Assembly (NCBI GenBank): GCA_018399995.1
Contig: JAGYMU010000004.1
Coordinates: 1-60,995, forward strand
Length of the DNA stretch: 60,995 nucleotides
Source of the DNA: Halanaerobiales bacterium
Lineage (GTDB): Bacteria > Bacillota > Halanaerobiia > Halanaerobiales > M55B127
Reading direction: 5' to 3'
Part shown: positions 1-9,656 of the stretch, piece by piece
Layout: every line of letters begins with the position of its first letter
How positions within the stretch are numbered: position 1 is the first letter of the stretch
Made by a program: the position numbers and the translations under genes
The notes under the pieces: model-generated
What the model was told of the DNA's origin: nothing
Databases searched by the model: none
What the model saw: the letters and a program-made list of their open reading frames with translations, nothing else

Positions 1-38
1 ATGAGGGGGCAGCCATAAAAATGGTCGCCCTACTCTAT
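1..38 (+). ncRNA. 3' end (domain VI) of a group II intron, truncated by the window edge
   Basis: ATGAGGGGGC-AGCCAT-AAAA-ATGGT-C-GCCCT-A-CTC-TAT folds as a stem GAG/GGGGC : GCCCT/CTC with a bulged A at 32 (position -7) and a terminal AY, the typical group II D6 ending CCTACTCTAT. Confidence 0.8.
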
Positions 39-119
39 TAATGTACTTCTTAAATTCAAAAGAGAGTAGGAAAATTAGAATTTTATTAATGCTGTTTTTG
101 GTTTTATTACAATAATTTA

Positions 120-230
120 ACAAAGAAGGATCAAATCATCTATAAATCATTGGGTATATTCACCGTAATTGATAGAGTGATTCAGCAGGTAACAATACTG
201 AAATTAGAAAATGAGTATAAATCACTTTAA
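120..230 (+). pseudogene. Fragment of a group II intron reverse transcriptase (RT2 region)
   Basis: Frame from 120 reads TKKDQIIYKSLGIFTVIDRVIQQVTILKLENEYKSL*, resembling the intron-RT motif PKxxGxxRPLGIPTVxDRVxQQA; no start codon or downstream RT domains. Confidence 0.6.
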
Positions 231-657
231 ATAATATGTTTAGTGTAATAGAATTATAATGAAAGGGAGGATTTGTTTAGACTTTAAACCATAAATTTTT
301 TAAAAGCGAATGTTCTATATAGAGTATATAAAATGTGCTGGAAAACTTTTTGAAATGAAATTTATAATAAAATTTAACTGTTTAGATGAAAAGGATTTTG
401 ATTATAATATTTAAATAGCAATAATTATTTTTTCAATCTTTTAAATAACCGATTTGATATGGGGTGTAAAAAAACTGATCGAATTCTATATAAAATCCTA
501 CTGATATTATTTTTGCAGACAACTATATATTAAACCGGATTCAATATAGTAAAAATTGGTTATGGTAAAAGTCAAAAATGGAAACAAATAAACTAATCAG
601 ACCTTTATTTTGATTAAGAAATACAATTTTGTTTTCAACTATAATTAATTTTTAGGG

Positions 658-1644
658 GTGGAAAAAATGAAAATTGTATTGTTTATAATTATATTTGTTT
701 TATTAATTCTTGGAATATATTTTGGATATTATCTAATTAATCCTTCTCAAAAAGGCAAAACAATACTGGACAATTTAAATATACCCCACCCTACTGTTAT
801 TGCACATAGAGGTGCTTCTACGATCGCGCCTGAATCAACTAGACCAGCATATATCAAGGCTGTGCAGTTGGGAGCTGACTATATAGAGGCTGATATTCAT
901 AGAACAAGTGATGGCAAAATAGTTGTTATACATGACAGCACTTTAAAAAGGACTTCCGATATAGAGAATATATATCCAGATCGAGTGAATAAGCACATCA
1001 GTAATTTTACTTATGAAGAACTGTTAAAATTAGATTTTGGCAGCTGGTTTAATAAAAAGTATCCAAAAAAAGCAGATGAAAGTTTTATTGGGCTTGATAT
1101 TATAAGGTTGGAAGAATTAATAGAAATAGTTGAACAAAGCAAAAAATCAACAGGCATTGTTTTGGATATAAAGGATATTAGATATTATCCTAATATTGAG
1201 GATGATATCATAAAGATTTTAAAAAAGAAGGGATGGTATAAAGATTACGAAGATAATATAGATAGTTCAGATCATACTTCTAAGGTATTAATATTTTCTT
1301 TTAATCTCAATACTTTAAAAAATTTTAAAGATCTCGCTCCCAATATTCCCAGGGTCCTTCTGTTAAGCAACAATATGATGGACTGGCAAAAATGGGACAG
1401 ATGGCTTGAGGCTGCTGATGGAAATGTAAATGGTTTGGGGATTAAGGGTTTTATAAGTTGGCCCTGGCATGTTGCAGCTGCTCATAAAAGAGATTTATTT
1501 GTATATCCTTATGTGATAAATGAAATTTGGCAGTTGCAAATTTTAGCTCAGATTGAAACAAGTGGCTATATTACCAATCGACCTCATAGAGTTGTAGAAT
1601 TTTTAGAAAAGTTACCTACTTTGATTGAATTAGAGATCGAATAA
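658..1644 (+). CDS. Glycerophosphodiester phosphodiesterase with N-terminal membrane anchor
   Basis: IAHRGAS...PEST, YIEADIHRTSDG, VVIHDSTLKRT GDPD motifs; hydrophobic N-terminal helix. Confidence 0.9.
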   Translation: MEKMKIVLFIIIFVLLILGIYFGYYLINPSQKGKTILDNLNIPHPTVIAHRGASTIAPESTRPAYIKAVQLGADYIEADIHRTSDGKIVVIHDSTLKRTSDIENIYPDRVNKHISNFTYEELLKLDFGSWFNKKYPKKADESFIGLDIIRLEELIEIVEQSKKSTGIVLDIKDIRYYPNIEDDIIKILKKKGWYKDYEDNIDSSDHTSKVLIFSFNLNTLKNFKDLAPNIPRVLLLSNNMMDWQKWDRWLEAADGNVNGLGIKGFISWPWHVAAAHKRDLFVYPYVINEIWQLQILAQIETSGYITNRPHRVVEFLEKLPTLIELEIE

Positions 1645-1688
1645 ATGTAATATATTTAATTTAAAATAAAAGGAAGAAGGTTGAAACC

Positions 1689-2339
1689 ATGAAAAGGAAT
1701 AAAAATAAAAAAAGTTTACATTCTATATGTGCAAAATGTGATAATAAGGTATGTAATAGTGAATCTGTTAATTATCCCGAGTGGTGTCTGCAAAATAAAG
1801 TTGATTGGCTGCCGCAGTTATTAGAAGAGTACAATAAAAAAGAAAATAAAGTTCTGTATAAGACAGCCGCTCATATTGAAACTACTGGTTACAAAGAATG
1901 GCCTCGCTTGAAAGAAATTGCTGAATATGCGCTTTCTGCTGGCTTTAAAAATATAGGTATTGCATTTTGTATAGGTTTATCAAATGAGGCCAAAATAGCT
2001 ACCAGATATTTTGAAAAAAAGGGGTTAAAGGTAAATTCTGCTGTTTGTTGTTGTGGTAGTATTGATAAAGCTAAGCTTGATATCCCACCTGAAGATAGGT
2101 TTTCTTTTAAAGGATTTGAAGCTGGCTGTAATCCGATCGGTCAGGCAAAACTTTTAGCTGAATGTGGAACTGAATTTAATGTAGTATTAGGTCTTTGTGT
2201 AGGTCATGACAGCTTATTTTTTAAGTATTCTAAAGCTCCCACCACTGTTCTTGCGGTTAAAGATAGGGTTTTAGGACATAATCCTCTGGCTGCAGTTTAT
2301 AACTCAGAAAGTTATTATAGCCATCTTTATGAAGAATAA
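1689..2339 (+). CDS. DUF1847-type Cys-rich putative metal-binding protein
   Basis: CAKC, IGIAFCIGL, GCNPIGQA, GLCVGHD, KDRVLGHNPLAA motifs. Confidence 0.85.
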   Translation: MKRNKNKKSLHSICAKCDNKVCNSESVNYPEWCLQNKVDWLPQLLEEYNKKENKVLYKTAAHIETTGYKEWPRLKEIAEYALSAGFKNIGIAFCIGLSNEAKIATRYFEKKGLKVNSAVCCCGSIDKAKLDIPPEDRFSFKGFEAGCNPIGQAKLLAECGTEFNVVLGLCVGHDSLFFKYSKAPTTVLAVKDRVLGHNPLAAVYNSESYYSHLYEE

Positions 2340-2631
2340 TATTTAAAAACTAATAATATATTATAATATTTGGGGACTAGAACAGAGAAAGTGGTTTTCA
2401 ATATCCATATAAAAGTAGTATATATAAAATAATCTTAATTTTAGAACAAGAAAATTACAATACATTTTTTTTCTAAAAGACCTCATAAAATGTTTTAAAA
2501 ATATGAGCAAGAAAATTTATATACTGATATAATAAAAGTAGATTGAAAAATTACTCGAGTTACATTTATGAAATCTTTTAAAATTGGATAATTTTTTGTA
2601 AATAAATATATTTTCAAGGGAGTAAAATAAC

Positions 2632-4794
2632 ATGAAAAAGAAAGCAATATATATAATTAGTTTAATAATGTTAATCTCCATATTTTTATCAGGTTGTTCT
2701 AGTGATATACTTGATATTTTTGCTGAATATGATATTTACTTTAGAGTGAAGGATAAAAGTGGGAATCCCATATCGGGGGCTTTAGTAACTTTAGATGGAT
2801 CATCTAAAAGAACTGGAGATGAAGGCAGAGTGAGTTTCAGCAGAGATGATGGAAATTATCATTATAAGGTTATAGCAGAGGGTTATAAAGATGATGGTGG
2901 GAAACTACTGGTGGATGGCAGTAATGTGAGCCTAGATATATCTTTAACTTCAATAAAGTATGATCTTTGGTTTAAAGTAATGGATGAAGATCAAAAAGCG
3001 ATCGAGGGAGCAGAGGTATATTTTAATAATCAAAAAGCATATACTGATGGTAACGGATTGGTAAATTTCTTCCATGAAGAACCCGGTCAATATACTATTG
3101 TTGTAATTTCTTCTGGATACAGTTATTTTAAAGATGATTTTACTCTTAATGAGGACCAGACCATAAATATTAATTTGTCTTCTATATCTGGAAATTCAAC
3201 GATTACAGGTAATATAAGAATATATAACAAAACAGGTCCCCTAACTATTAGTATAGGAAATGATAACCAAGATATAGGATATAAGGAAAACGGAAATATT
3301 AAGGATTATGAAGAATATGAAAAAGATGAAATAATTATAAAATTTAAAAGCCGGCTATCTTCTCAATCAGTTCTTCAGCTGGAAAAGAGCAATAATTTAA
3401 TAAAATTAAGCAGTCTTGATACAAAAGATGGTATTATATTAAGATATAGATTTATAAAAGACAAAAATATCAAGGATCTTCTTGATTATTACAACAATCT
3501 AGAAGAGGTTAAATGGGCAGAACCAAATTATACTGCTTATGCCTTGGCTGTACCTAATGATACTCATTATGATTATCAATGGAGTTTAATCAATTCTAAT
3601 CTTGAAGCAGCCTGGGATAAAAGAGAAGATAGTGGATATATTAAGGTGGCTGTTTTAGATACAGGGATTATACCAAATCACCCTGATTTGATAAACAATT
3701 TGAGCAGTGGTGCAGACTTTGTAGGGGGGGAGAATATGATCAATCCCTATAATTTTGAACCAACCGATGATGATCCTACTGATAAGACAACTCTAGCGAA
3801 TGGCGGCAGCCATGGGACTCATGTAAGTGGTATTATTGGTGCGGTGGGGAATAATAGCAGGGGAATTACGGGTGTGACCTGGAATATAAATATAATACCT
3901 GTTAGAGTTCTCAATGAAGATAAGGTTGGCAACCATTGGGATATTGCGGAAGGCATATATTATGCAGTCAAACATGGAGCAGATATTATAAATTTTAGTT
4001 TGGGAAGTTCTGAGGGGAGCTCTATTTTGGTCAATGCAATACAATATGCTGATTCTGCCGGAGTTGTTATGGTTGCTTCAGCTGGTAACAAAGGTTCAAG
4101 AGGATTATTATATCCGGCAGCCTATTCTGAAACAATAGCAGTGGGAGCTGTTGATTATAAAAATGAGCGAAGTTCTTATTCTAATTATAGCTCTAACCTT
4201 GATATAGTTGCTCCGGGCGGCACCTCAAGTAAAGGCATATATAGTACATGGGGTTATTATAATGAGGGAGTGGTTAATTCTAGTTACAGCTATATGAGTG
4301 GCACATCTATGGCCGCACCCCATGTAAGTGGAGTGGCTGCCTTATTGTTAGCAGAGGGTGTCAATCCGTCTAATATTAAGGGCAGACTTATATCAACAGC
4401 TGTGGACCTGGGTACAGAAGGTAAAGACGATTATTATGGTTATGGATTAGTTGATGCTTATGGGGCTTTACTAAATAAAAAGTTAAAGAATCCTTATGTG
4501 TTTGCAGGTAGCGAAAAATATGATATCAAAAGTGAATTTACCAAAATGAAAGATGATGGTTCATTTATTTTAAATCAGGTTGAAGCAGATGAGGTATATG
4601 TCTATAGCTGGAGAGATGTTAATGAAAACGGGATAATAGATAGTGGAGATTATTATGGGAGGTCAAGTAATTCTTTGAATATAAGTGATAACACTGATCA
4701 TTATGTTGATTTAAATATGTTTTATATTAATGATTCATCAAATTTAAATATAGCTATTCAAGGGCTAAATATTATTAAAGGACAGCTTGATTAG
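2632..4794 (+). CDS. Subtilisin-like S8 serine protease lipoprotein with N-terminal carboxypeptidase-regulatory-like repeats
   Basis: Lipobox LSGC; two repeats (VKDKSGNPISGALV, VMDEDQKAIEGAEV); triad VAVLDTG, HGTHVSG, GTSMAAPHV. Confidence 0.92.
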   Translation: MKKKAIYIISLIMLISIFLSGCSSDILDIFAEYDIYFRVKDKSGNPISGALVTLDGSSKRTGDEGRVSFSRDDGNYHYKVIAEGYKDDGGKLLVDGSNVSLDISLTSIKYDLWFKVMDEDQKAIEGAEVYFNNQKAYTDGNGLVNFFHEEPGQYTIVVISSGYSYFKDDFTLNEDQTININLSSISGNSTITGNIRIYNKTGPLTISIGNDNQDIGYKENGNIKDYEEYEKDEIIIKFKSRLSSQSVLQLEKSNNLIKLSSLDTKDGIILRYRFIKDKNIKDLLDYYNNLEEVKWAEPNYTAYALAVPNDTHYDYQWSLINSNLEAAWDKREDSGYIKVAVLDTGIIPNHPDLINNLSSGADFVGGENMINPYNFEPTDDDPTDKTTLANGGSHGTHVSGIIGAVGNNSRGITGVTWNINIIPVRVLNEDKVGNHWDIAEGIYYAVKHGADIINFSLGSSEGSSILVNAIQYADSAGVVMVASAGNKGSRGLLYPAAYSETIAVGAVDYKNERSSYSNYSSNLDIVAPGGTSSKGIYSTWGYYNEGVVNSSYSYMSGTSMAAPHVSGVAALLLAEGVNPSNIKGRLISTAVDLGTEGKDDYYGYGLVDAYGALLNKKLKNPYVFAGSEKYDIKSEFTKMKDDGSFILNQVEADEVYVYSWRDVNENGIIDSGDYYGRSSNSLNISDNTDHYVDLNMFYINDSSNLNIAIQGLNIIKGQLD

Positions 4795-4866
4795 AAAATA
4801 ATTAGGGCAGTTTACTTTTAAACACCTTTTAAATTTGTAAAATACCTATGTGAGGGAGTTGATATT

Positions 4867-5508
4867 GTGAAAATTAAATGGTGGGGACATGCTTCATTTT
4901 CAATAAGAACTTCTAATGACAGCGTAATTTTTACAGATCCTTATAATGAAGATTTGCCCTATGCTAAAATTAATGAAGAGGCTGATTATGTTACTGTAAG
5001 TCATGAACATTTTGATCACAATGCGGTTGAATTACTGTCAGGTAATCCAAAAATAGTCAAAGAGGTTACAGGATTTCAAAATGATGAGATAAAAATTGAA
5101 GGTATAGAAGTCTATCATGATGATGTTCAAGGAGAGATAAGGGGAAAGAATATAATATTCAACTTTGAATTTGATGGAATAAAAATAAGTCATCTGGGGG
5201 ATCTGGGACATTTATTAGACAAAGAACAAATAGAAAAACTGGCAGATGTAGATATCTTATTAATCCCGGTTGGTGGAAATTATACAATAAATGCAGCTCA
5301 GGCATATGATACAATAAATAAGATCACACCTAAAATAATCTTTCCCATGCATTATAAAACAGATATTTTGGATTTTCCAATCCAAGGCATAGATAAATTT
5401 TTGACTTTTTTTCATGATGAAAGTATAGAAAAAATTAATGGTTGTGAAGTAGAAATAGATGATTTTCCCTCAGAGCAGAAAGTATTTGTACTTGATTATG
5501 TAAAGTAA
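4867..5508 (+). CDS. MBL-fold metallo-hydrolase
   Basis: WWGHASF, SHEHFDH, HLGDLGH, PVGG, PMHY motifs. Confidence 0.9.
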   Translation: MKIKWWGHASFSIRTSNDSVIFTDPYNEDLPYAKINEEADYVTVSHEHFDHNAVELLSGNPKIVKEVTGFQNDEIKIEGIEVYHDDVQGEIRGKNIIFNFEFDGIKISHLGDLGHLLDKEQIEKLADVDILLIPVGGNYTINAAQAYDTINKITPKIIFPMHYKTDILDFPIQGIDKFLTFFHDESIEKINGCEVEIDDFPSEQKVFVLDYVK

Positions 5509-5638
5509 ATATTCTTATTAATATTATTTTATCAAGTCTTCCTCAAGAAAAACCTATCTAAATCTGTGATTTAGGTGGAGAAGAATTAAGGTTTTTTTGT
5601 TAAATTACTAGAAATTCCTTAGTTTTTTTCTTTACTAC

Positions 5639-5652
5639 CGAACAGACGTTTT
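5639..5652 (+). promoter_or_regulatory. LexA (SOS)-like box upstream of tnpB
   Basis: CGAACAGACGTTTT versus Firmicute consensus CGAACRNRYGTTYG, just upstream of TATATT (5660-5665). Confidence 0.6.
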
Positions 5653-5687
5653 GTGTGATTATATTAGTTGAGAGAGATAAAAGACTA

Positions 5688-6379
5688 ATGAAATTATCAT
5701 AAAAAGTATATGTAAATTTAAGTCATAGAGAAAAGAAAGTGTTTGATGAACTGATTTGGCATCTAACAAAATTATATAATATTTCTACTTTCCCAATGAG
5801 AGAAAATGAATCCATTTCGTATTCTAAGAATGATAAATTTGCAAATCAAATTTACGTAGTGACTATTTACATGCTCATAACAGGCAACAATTATTTAAAA
5901 AATTAGATAAAGATTGGAAAAGTTATTTTAAAACAATTAAAGAATTTAAAAAGAATAATCCTGAAGGCAATCTATTAATTCTATCACTTGCTAAAAAAAT
6001 AAAAGCTAAATATCAGATAGAAGATATAAAGATAAAACTGACAGAAAGGGTTTTAAAGCTGATAGGCAGTATTAAAAACATTAATTAAGTGATCATTAAA
6101 AAGGATTATTACAGTAATGGCTTTTACTTAAATGTTGTTTACACTAAAGATGAAAAAGAGAAACAAGGATACACAAACATAATGTCTATTGATTTAGGAT
6201 TAGACAATCTCACAACAGTAACCTTTTTAGAAAATGAAGATACTTATATTATTGATGGTAAAAAATTAAAATCTAGAAGAAAATATTTAAAATTAAAATG
6301 TATTCCAAAACTGATACAGACAGTGATGTATAATGGTGTCATGAATGCACCTAAGCGAATAAGTGTGGCCTGCTATTAA
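5688..6379 (+). pseudogene. tnpB: tnpB pseudogene with nonsense codons, a frameshift and a large internal deletion
   Basis: MKLS*KVYVNL...ELIWHLTKLYN; frameshift near 5840; DYLHAHNRQQLFKKLDKDWKSYF; stop at 6086; RuvC-I MSIDLGLDNL then joined directly to the C-terminal tail RKYLKLKCIPKL...PKRISVA (RuvC-II, Zn finger and RuvC-III missing). Confidence 0.88.
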
Positions 6380-6525
6380 TAGGTGCAAAACTTAAATACA
6401 AAACTTTGCTTGAAGCTATCTAGTATGCAGCAGCACTTAGGTTGCTAAAAGTATAGTAAAAGAAGCTCCCTCTAAATCTTTTATTTGATTTACTGAGAGA
6501 AGTTCACGGAATATGATTTGTATTA
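6330..6525 (+). ncRNA. Probable TnpB omegaRNA (reRNA) scaffold plus flanking guide; 5' boundary approximate
   Basis: Inferred from position: end of tnpB through the right end TTCAC (6503-6507); guide would begin at 6508 (GGAATATGATTTGTATT). Confidence 0.45.
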
Positions 6526-6660
6526 TATTCTTGAAGTGAGTTTTTATTAAACACTTTTTTAAAATCCAGCTGTTATAATTATAATTAATATCAAGTATTT
6601 ATCCTACATAATTAAGATAATTAGAAAAATAGAAGATATTTGAAAAAATATATTAACTGC

Positions 6661-6698
6661 AAAAACCCCCTTGCTGTATTATAGTCAAGGGGGTTTTT
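6661..6698. terminator. Bidirectional intrinsic terminator at the end of the mbx operon
   Basis: AAAAACCCCCTTG...CAAGGGGGTTTTT inverted repeat. Confidence 0.85.
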
Positions 6699-6731
6699 AT
6701 CTAGATTACTAAAATTTATGAAGATTTTTGA

Positions 6732-8531
6732 TTAATTTTTTAAAAATTCATCTATGCCCTGTGCAGCATTATGTCCGGTTTTAATTCCATTAATAACATC
6801 TGGTCCTCTGACTATATCTCCACCTGCAAAAAGCCAGGGGAGAGAGGTTTGCTGTTTATCGTTGACTTTTATTCTGGGTCCTTCATATTTTATGTCATAA
6901 TTATCATCTATATAACTATTATCACCGGCCTGTCCAATTGCTTCTACAACCATATCACACTCGTAGTTTTGAATATCCTGGTCATCAAAAGTGGGGTTAA
7001 AGTTCATATCATCATCAAAAACAGAAACACAGCAGTTTGTACATATCTGTGAAATACTTCCATCCTCACTTACAATAATTTCTTTTGGTCCTCTACCAGG
7101 CTCGAAATCAACACCTTCTTCTCGGGCTTCTTCTATTTCTTCTTGATCAGCAGGCATTATATCTTCGGTTTCTAGAGATGTGACTAAAACATTTACTTGA
7201 CCGTATTTCTTTTTCTGTAATCTGGCCAATGATCTGGCAATATCCATAGCCACATTGCCTCCGCCAATAACTACAATTTTTTTAGTTAAGGGAATTTCTT
7301 CTCCCTTTGTGATCTGTTTCAAGAGGTATATAGCTTGATATACATTATTATTTTCAGTACCTGGAATTCTTGTACTGCGTCCATTATGGAGCCCAGTAGC
7401 AGCAAAAACTGCATCATATTCTTTTTTAATATCAGATAGTGAAATATCTTTACCTATCCTGATATTGAATTTGAATTCAACACCCAGATTCTTGATATAG
7501 TTGATATCTTTATCCAGCTTATCATAGGGCAACCTATATTCAGGAATTCCATATCTCATCATTCCCCCGGCTTTACTTTCAGCTTCAAAGACAGTTATCT
7601 GATAACCCATCAATTTAAGATAATGAGCAGCAGATAGACCGGCTGGCCCGGCTCCTATTATTGCCACCTTTTTATCAACCTGATGGATTTTTTCTGTGCC
7701 TAAAATTTTATTATATTCAGCCAAATCTACATTATCAACCGCATATCTTTTTAACCAGCGGATAGAAACTGCTTCTCCTCTATGGCTAATAGAACAAATA
7801 GATTCACAGTTATGGGTACAAATCCTACCACATACTTCAGGTAAGGGGTTATCTTCATAAATTTGTTTAAGAGATTCTTCCAGGTCTTCATCATAAATTC
7901 CCCTAATATATTCCGGTATGTTCATACTGGCCGGACATGCTTCAGTGCAGATATCGCATTCTACACAGCGGGAAGCTTCTTTTTCAGCCTGTTTTTTGGA
8001 AAATCCTTTGACTATTTCCATAAAAGACTGTACTCTACTTTCGGCATCTAGTTCCTGCATTTCAATTCTATAGAGATCCAATAGTTCAGAATCTTGATCT
8101 CTTTCATAACCTATTGCAGATTCAATTTTATTGATATTTTTATTATCAGGAATATAGGAAAAACTTTCAGCATCATGATTAATATAAGTATAATCCTGGG
8201 TAAATTGTAAAGAACCTGTTGTGCAAATGTCAACACATAGCCCACACCAGCAGCAGCGTCCATAATCAATTTTGGGTCGTTCATTGCGTTGACCAAGTTC
8301 TGTTTTTACATTCTCTAGTTCTACCATTTTAATAGCCTTATTATCACATATCTTTGAACAGGTACCACAACCAATACATTTGTCTAGGTCATTAATATGA
8401 AAACCCCTATATCTTTTGGCTGTTTTTTTATTTTCTTCAGGTACTTTAATCGTCTCGGGCTTTTTAAATAAATTTTTAAAAGAAACCGCTGGAGAAAAAA
8501 TACTACTTTTATCTTTGCTCAATATTCTCAC
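6732..8531 (-). CDS. MbxN/NuoI-like 2x[4Fe-4S] domain fused to a GltD-like FAD/NAD(P)H oxidoreductase
   Basis: RYRGFH, CIGCGTCSKIC, CCWCGLCVDIC; then EASRCVEC..CTEACP, CGRICTHNCESIC, IIGAGPAGL, VIGGGNVAMD, FAGGDIVRG. Confidence 0.88.
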   Translation of the reverse strand: MRILSKDKSSIFSPAVSFKNLFKKPETIKVPEENKKTAKRYRGFHINDLDKCIGCGTCSKICDNKAIKMVELENVKTELGQRNERPKIDYGRCCWCGLCVDICTTGSLQFTQDYTYINHDAESFSYIPDNKNINKIESAIGYERDQDSELLDLYRIEMQELDAESRVQSFMEIVKGFSKKQAEKEASRCVECDICTEACPASMNIPEYIRGIYDEDLEESLKQIYEDNPLPEVCGRICTHNCESICSISHRGEAVSIRWLKRYAVDNVDLAEYNKILGTEKIHQVDKKVAIIGAGPAGLSAAHYLKLMGYQITVFEAESKAGGMMRYGIPEYRLPYDKLDKDINYIKNLGVEFKFNIRIGKDISLSDIKKEYDAVFAATGLHNGRSTRIPGTENNNVYQAIYLLKQITKGEEIPLTKKIVVIGGGNVAMDIARSLARLQKKKYGQVNVLVTSLETEDIMPADQEEIEEAREEGVDFEPGRGPKEIIVSEDGSISQICTNCCVSVFDDDMNFNPTFDDQDIQNYECDMVVEAIGQAGDNSYIDDNYDIKYEGPRIKVNDKQQTSLPWLFAGGDIVRGPDVINGIKTGHNAAQGIDEFLKN

Positions 8532-8546
8532 CTCACTTTAATACTT

Positions 8547-9656
8547 TTATCTATCAAATTCCGGAGGGCAAATTCCCAGGCTGTGTGCCCAGACTGGAAC
8601 ATCTTCAATTCTACATCCCGGCAGAAGGGTTTCTACTCCATATAATCCCAGGGGAGTAGATGTACCTCTTACATGCACTCTGTAAGGCTTTAACCCACCA
8701 TCAGATACAACATAATAACCATATTCTCCTCGAGAAGATTCAATTTTTACATATGCCTCACCGGCAGGTATTTTATATTTAAGGGCATTACCTAAATTAA
8801 GGCTGACCGGACCAGCCGGAATATTGTTAACTAACTGTCTTATGATCTTAATACTCTGAAAGATTTCATCTTTTTTTAATTTCAATCTAGTCCAGGCATC
8901 CCCATCTTCACCAGTGGGAACCTTAAAATCTACTTGATCATAAGCTGCATAAGGCATTAGTTTTCTTACATCATGTTCAAGTCCTGTTGCACGAAGAGCA
9001 GGGCCTGTTACACCTAAGCTTAGGGCATCTTCCTGGTTTAATACAGCTGTATTTTTCCAGCGTTTTTGAGCTATTGGATTTTCGAAGATTAATTTTTGAA
9101 ATTCGGGCATCCTATTATTCTCTAAGTCATTTAGTAAATCAAGTATTTTCTGAAGAGTTACATCTTCAATATCATGTCTTACCCCACCGGGTCTGATGTA
9201 GATATGATAGACCCTGCCCCCGGTTATTTCTTCAAAGATATCCAAAATATAATCTCGGGTTAATACCCCCCACTGCATGGCTGTATACAAACCGATAGCT
9301 CCACAGTTACCACCTATCGAAAATATATGTGCCTGAATCCTGGCCAGTTCTAAGATTATAGATCTGATATAAGCAGCTCTTTTGGGGATTTTAATCTCCC
9401 CAATTGCTTCAAAACTCATCGCATATACCATTTCATTAATATCGGGTTCCATTACACATATTCGGCAGACAAGAGGCGTGTTTTTAATCCATTCCCGTTC
9501 TTCCATTAGTTTTTCAAAGCCGCGGTGTAAATGTCCAGGGTTGGGTTCGGCAGAAACGACAGTGTCACCTTCATAAAAATAGTTGATCCCATAATTACCA
9601 GGTACGCCTGGATGGTTGGGTCCGAAAAACATTTCTGTCCTTTTACTCTTGCCCAT
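8547..9656 (-). CDS. mbxL: MbxL/MbsL-like NuoD-family subunit lacking a full NiFe site
   Basis: FGPNHP, GHLHRGFEKL, RICVMEPD, ESSRGE, ICPPEFDR; only one Cys left from each NiFe CxxC motif. Start moved to ATG 9656 after a GGAGG RBS. Confidence 0.85.
   Translation of the reverse strand: MGKSKRTEMFFGPNHPGVPGNYGINYFYEGDTVVSAEPNPGHLHRGFEKLMEEREWIKNTPLVCRICVMEPDINEMVYAMSFEAIGEIKIPKRAAYIRSIILELARIQAHIFSIGGNCGAIGLYTAMQWGVLTRDYILDIFEEITGGRVYHIYIRPGGVRHDIEDVTLQKILDLLNDLENNRMPEFQKLIFENPIAQKRWKNTAVLNQEDALSLGVTGPALRATGLEHDVRKLMPYAAYDQVDFKVPTGEDGDAWTRLKLKKDEIFQSIKIIRQLVNNIPAGPVSLNLGNALKYKIPAGEAYVKIESSRGEYGYYVVSDGGLKPYRVHVRGTSTPLGLYGVETLLPGCRIEDVPVWAHSLGICPPEFDR

Larger units (their letters stand above)
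5533..6507 (+). mobile_element. Degenerate non-autonomous IS200/IS605 element (tnpB only, IS1341-like)
   Basis: Preceded by TTTAT (5528-5532, TAM-like). Left-end hairpin CTAAATC-TGT-GATTTAG; right-end GAAGCTCCCTCTAAATC...GATTTA...GAGAAGTTCAC ending at 6507; encloses a tnpB pseudogene; no tnpA. Confidence 0.85.

Noticed and set aside
2378-2520. Loose repeats AGAACAGAGAAA / AGAACAAGAAAATT / GAGCAAGAAAATT upstream of the protease
   Set aside because: Short, degenerate and A-rich; not distinguishable from chance and not CRISPR-like.
6089-6379. Functional mini-TnpB or nuclease-dead repressor (TldR-like)
   Set aside because: The N-terminal half is disrupted by stops and a frameshift; the 96-aa ORF is a deletion product.
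6732-8531. Glutamate synthase small subunit
   Set aside because: No gltB nearby; it carries a NuoI-like N-terminus and is the last gene of the mbx operon.
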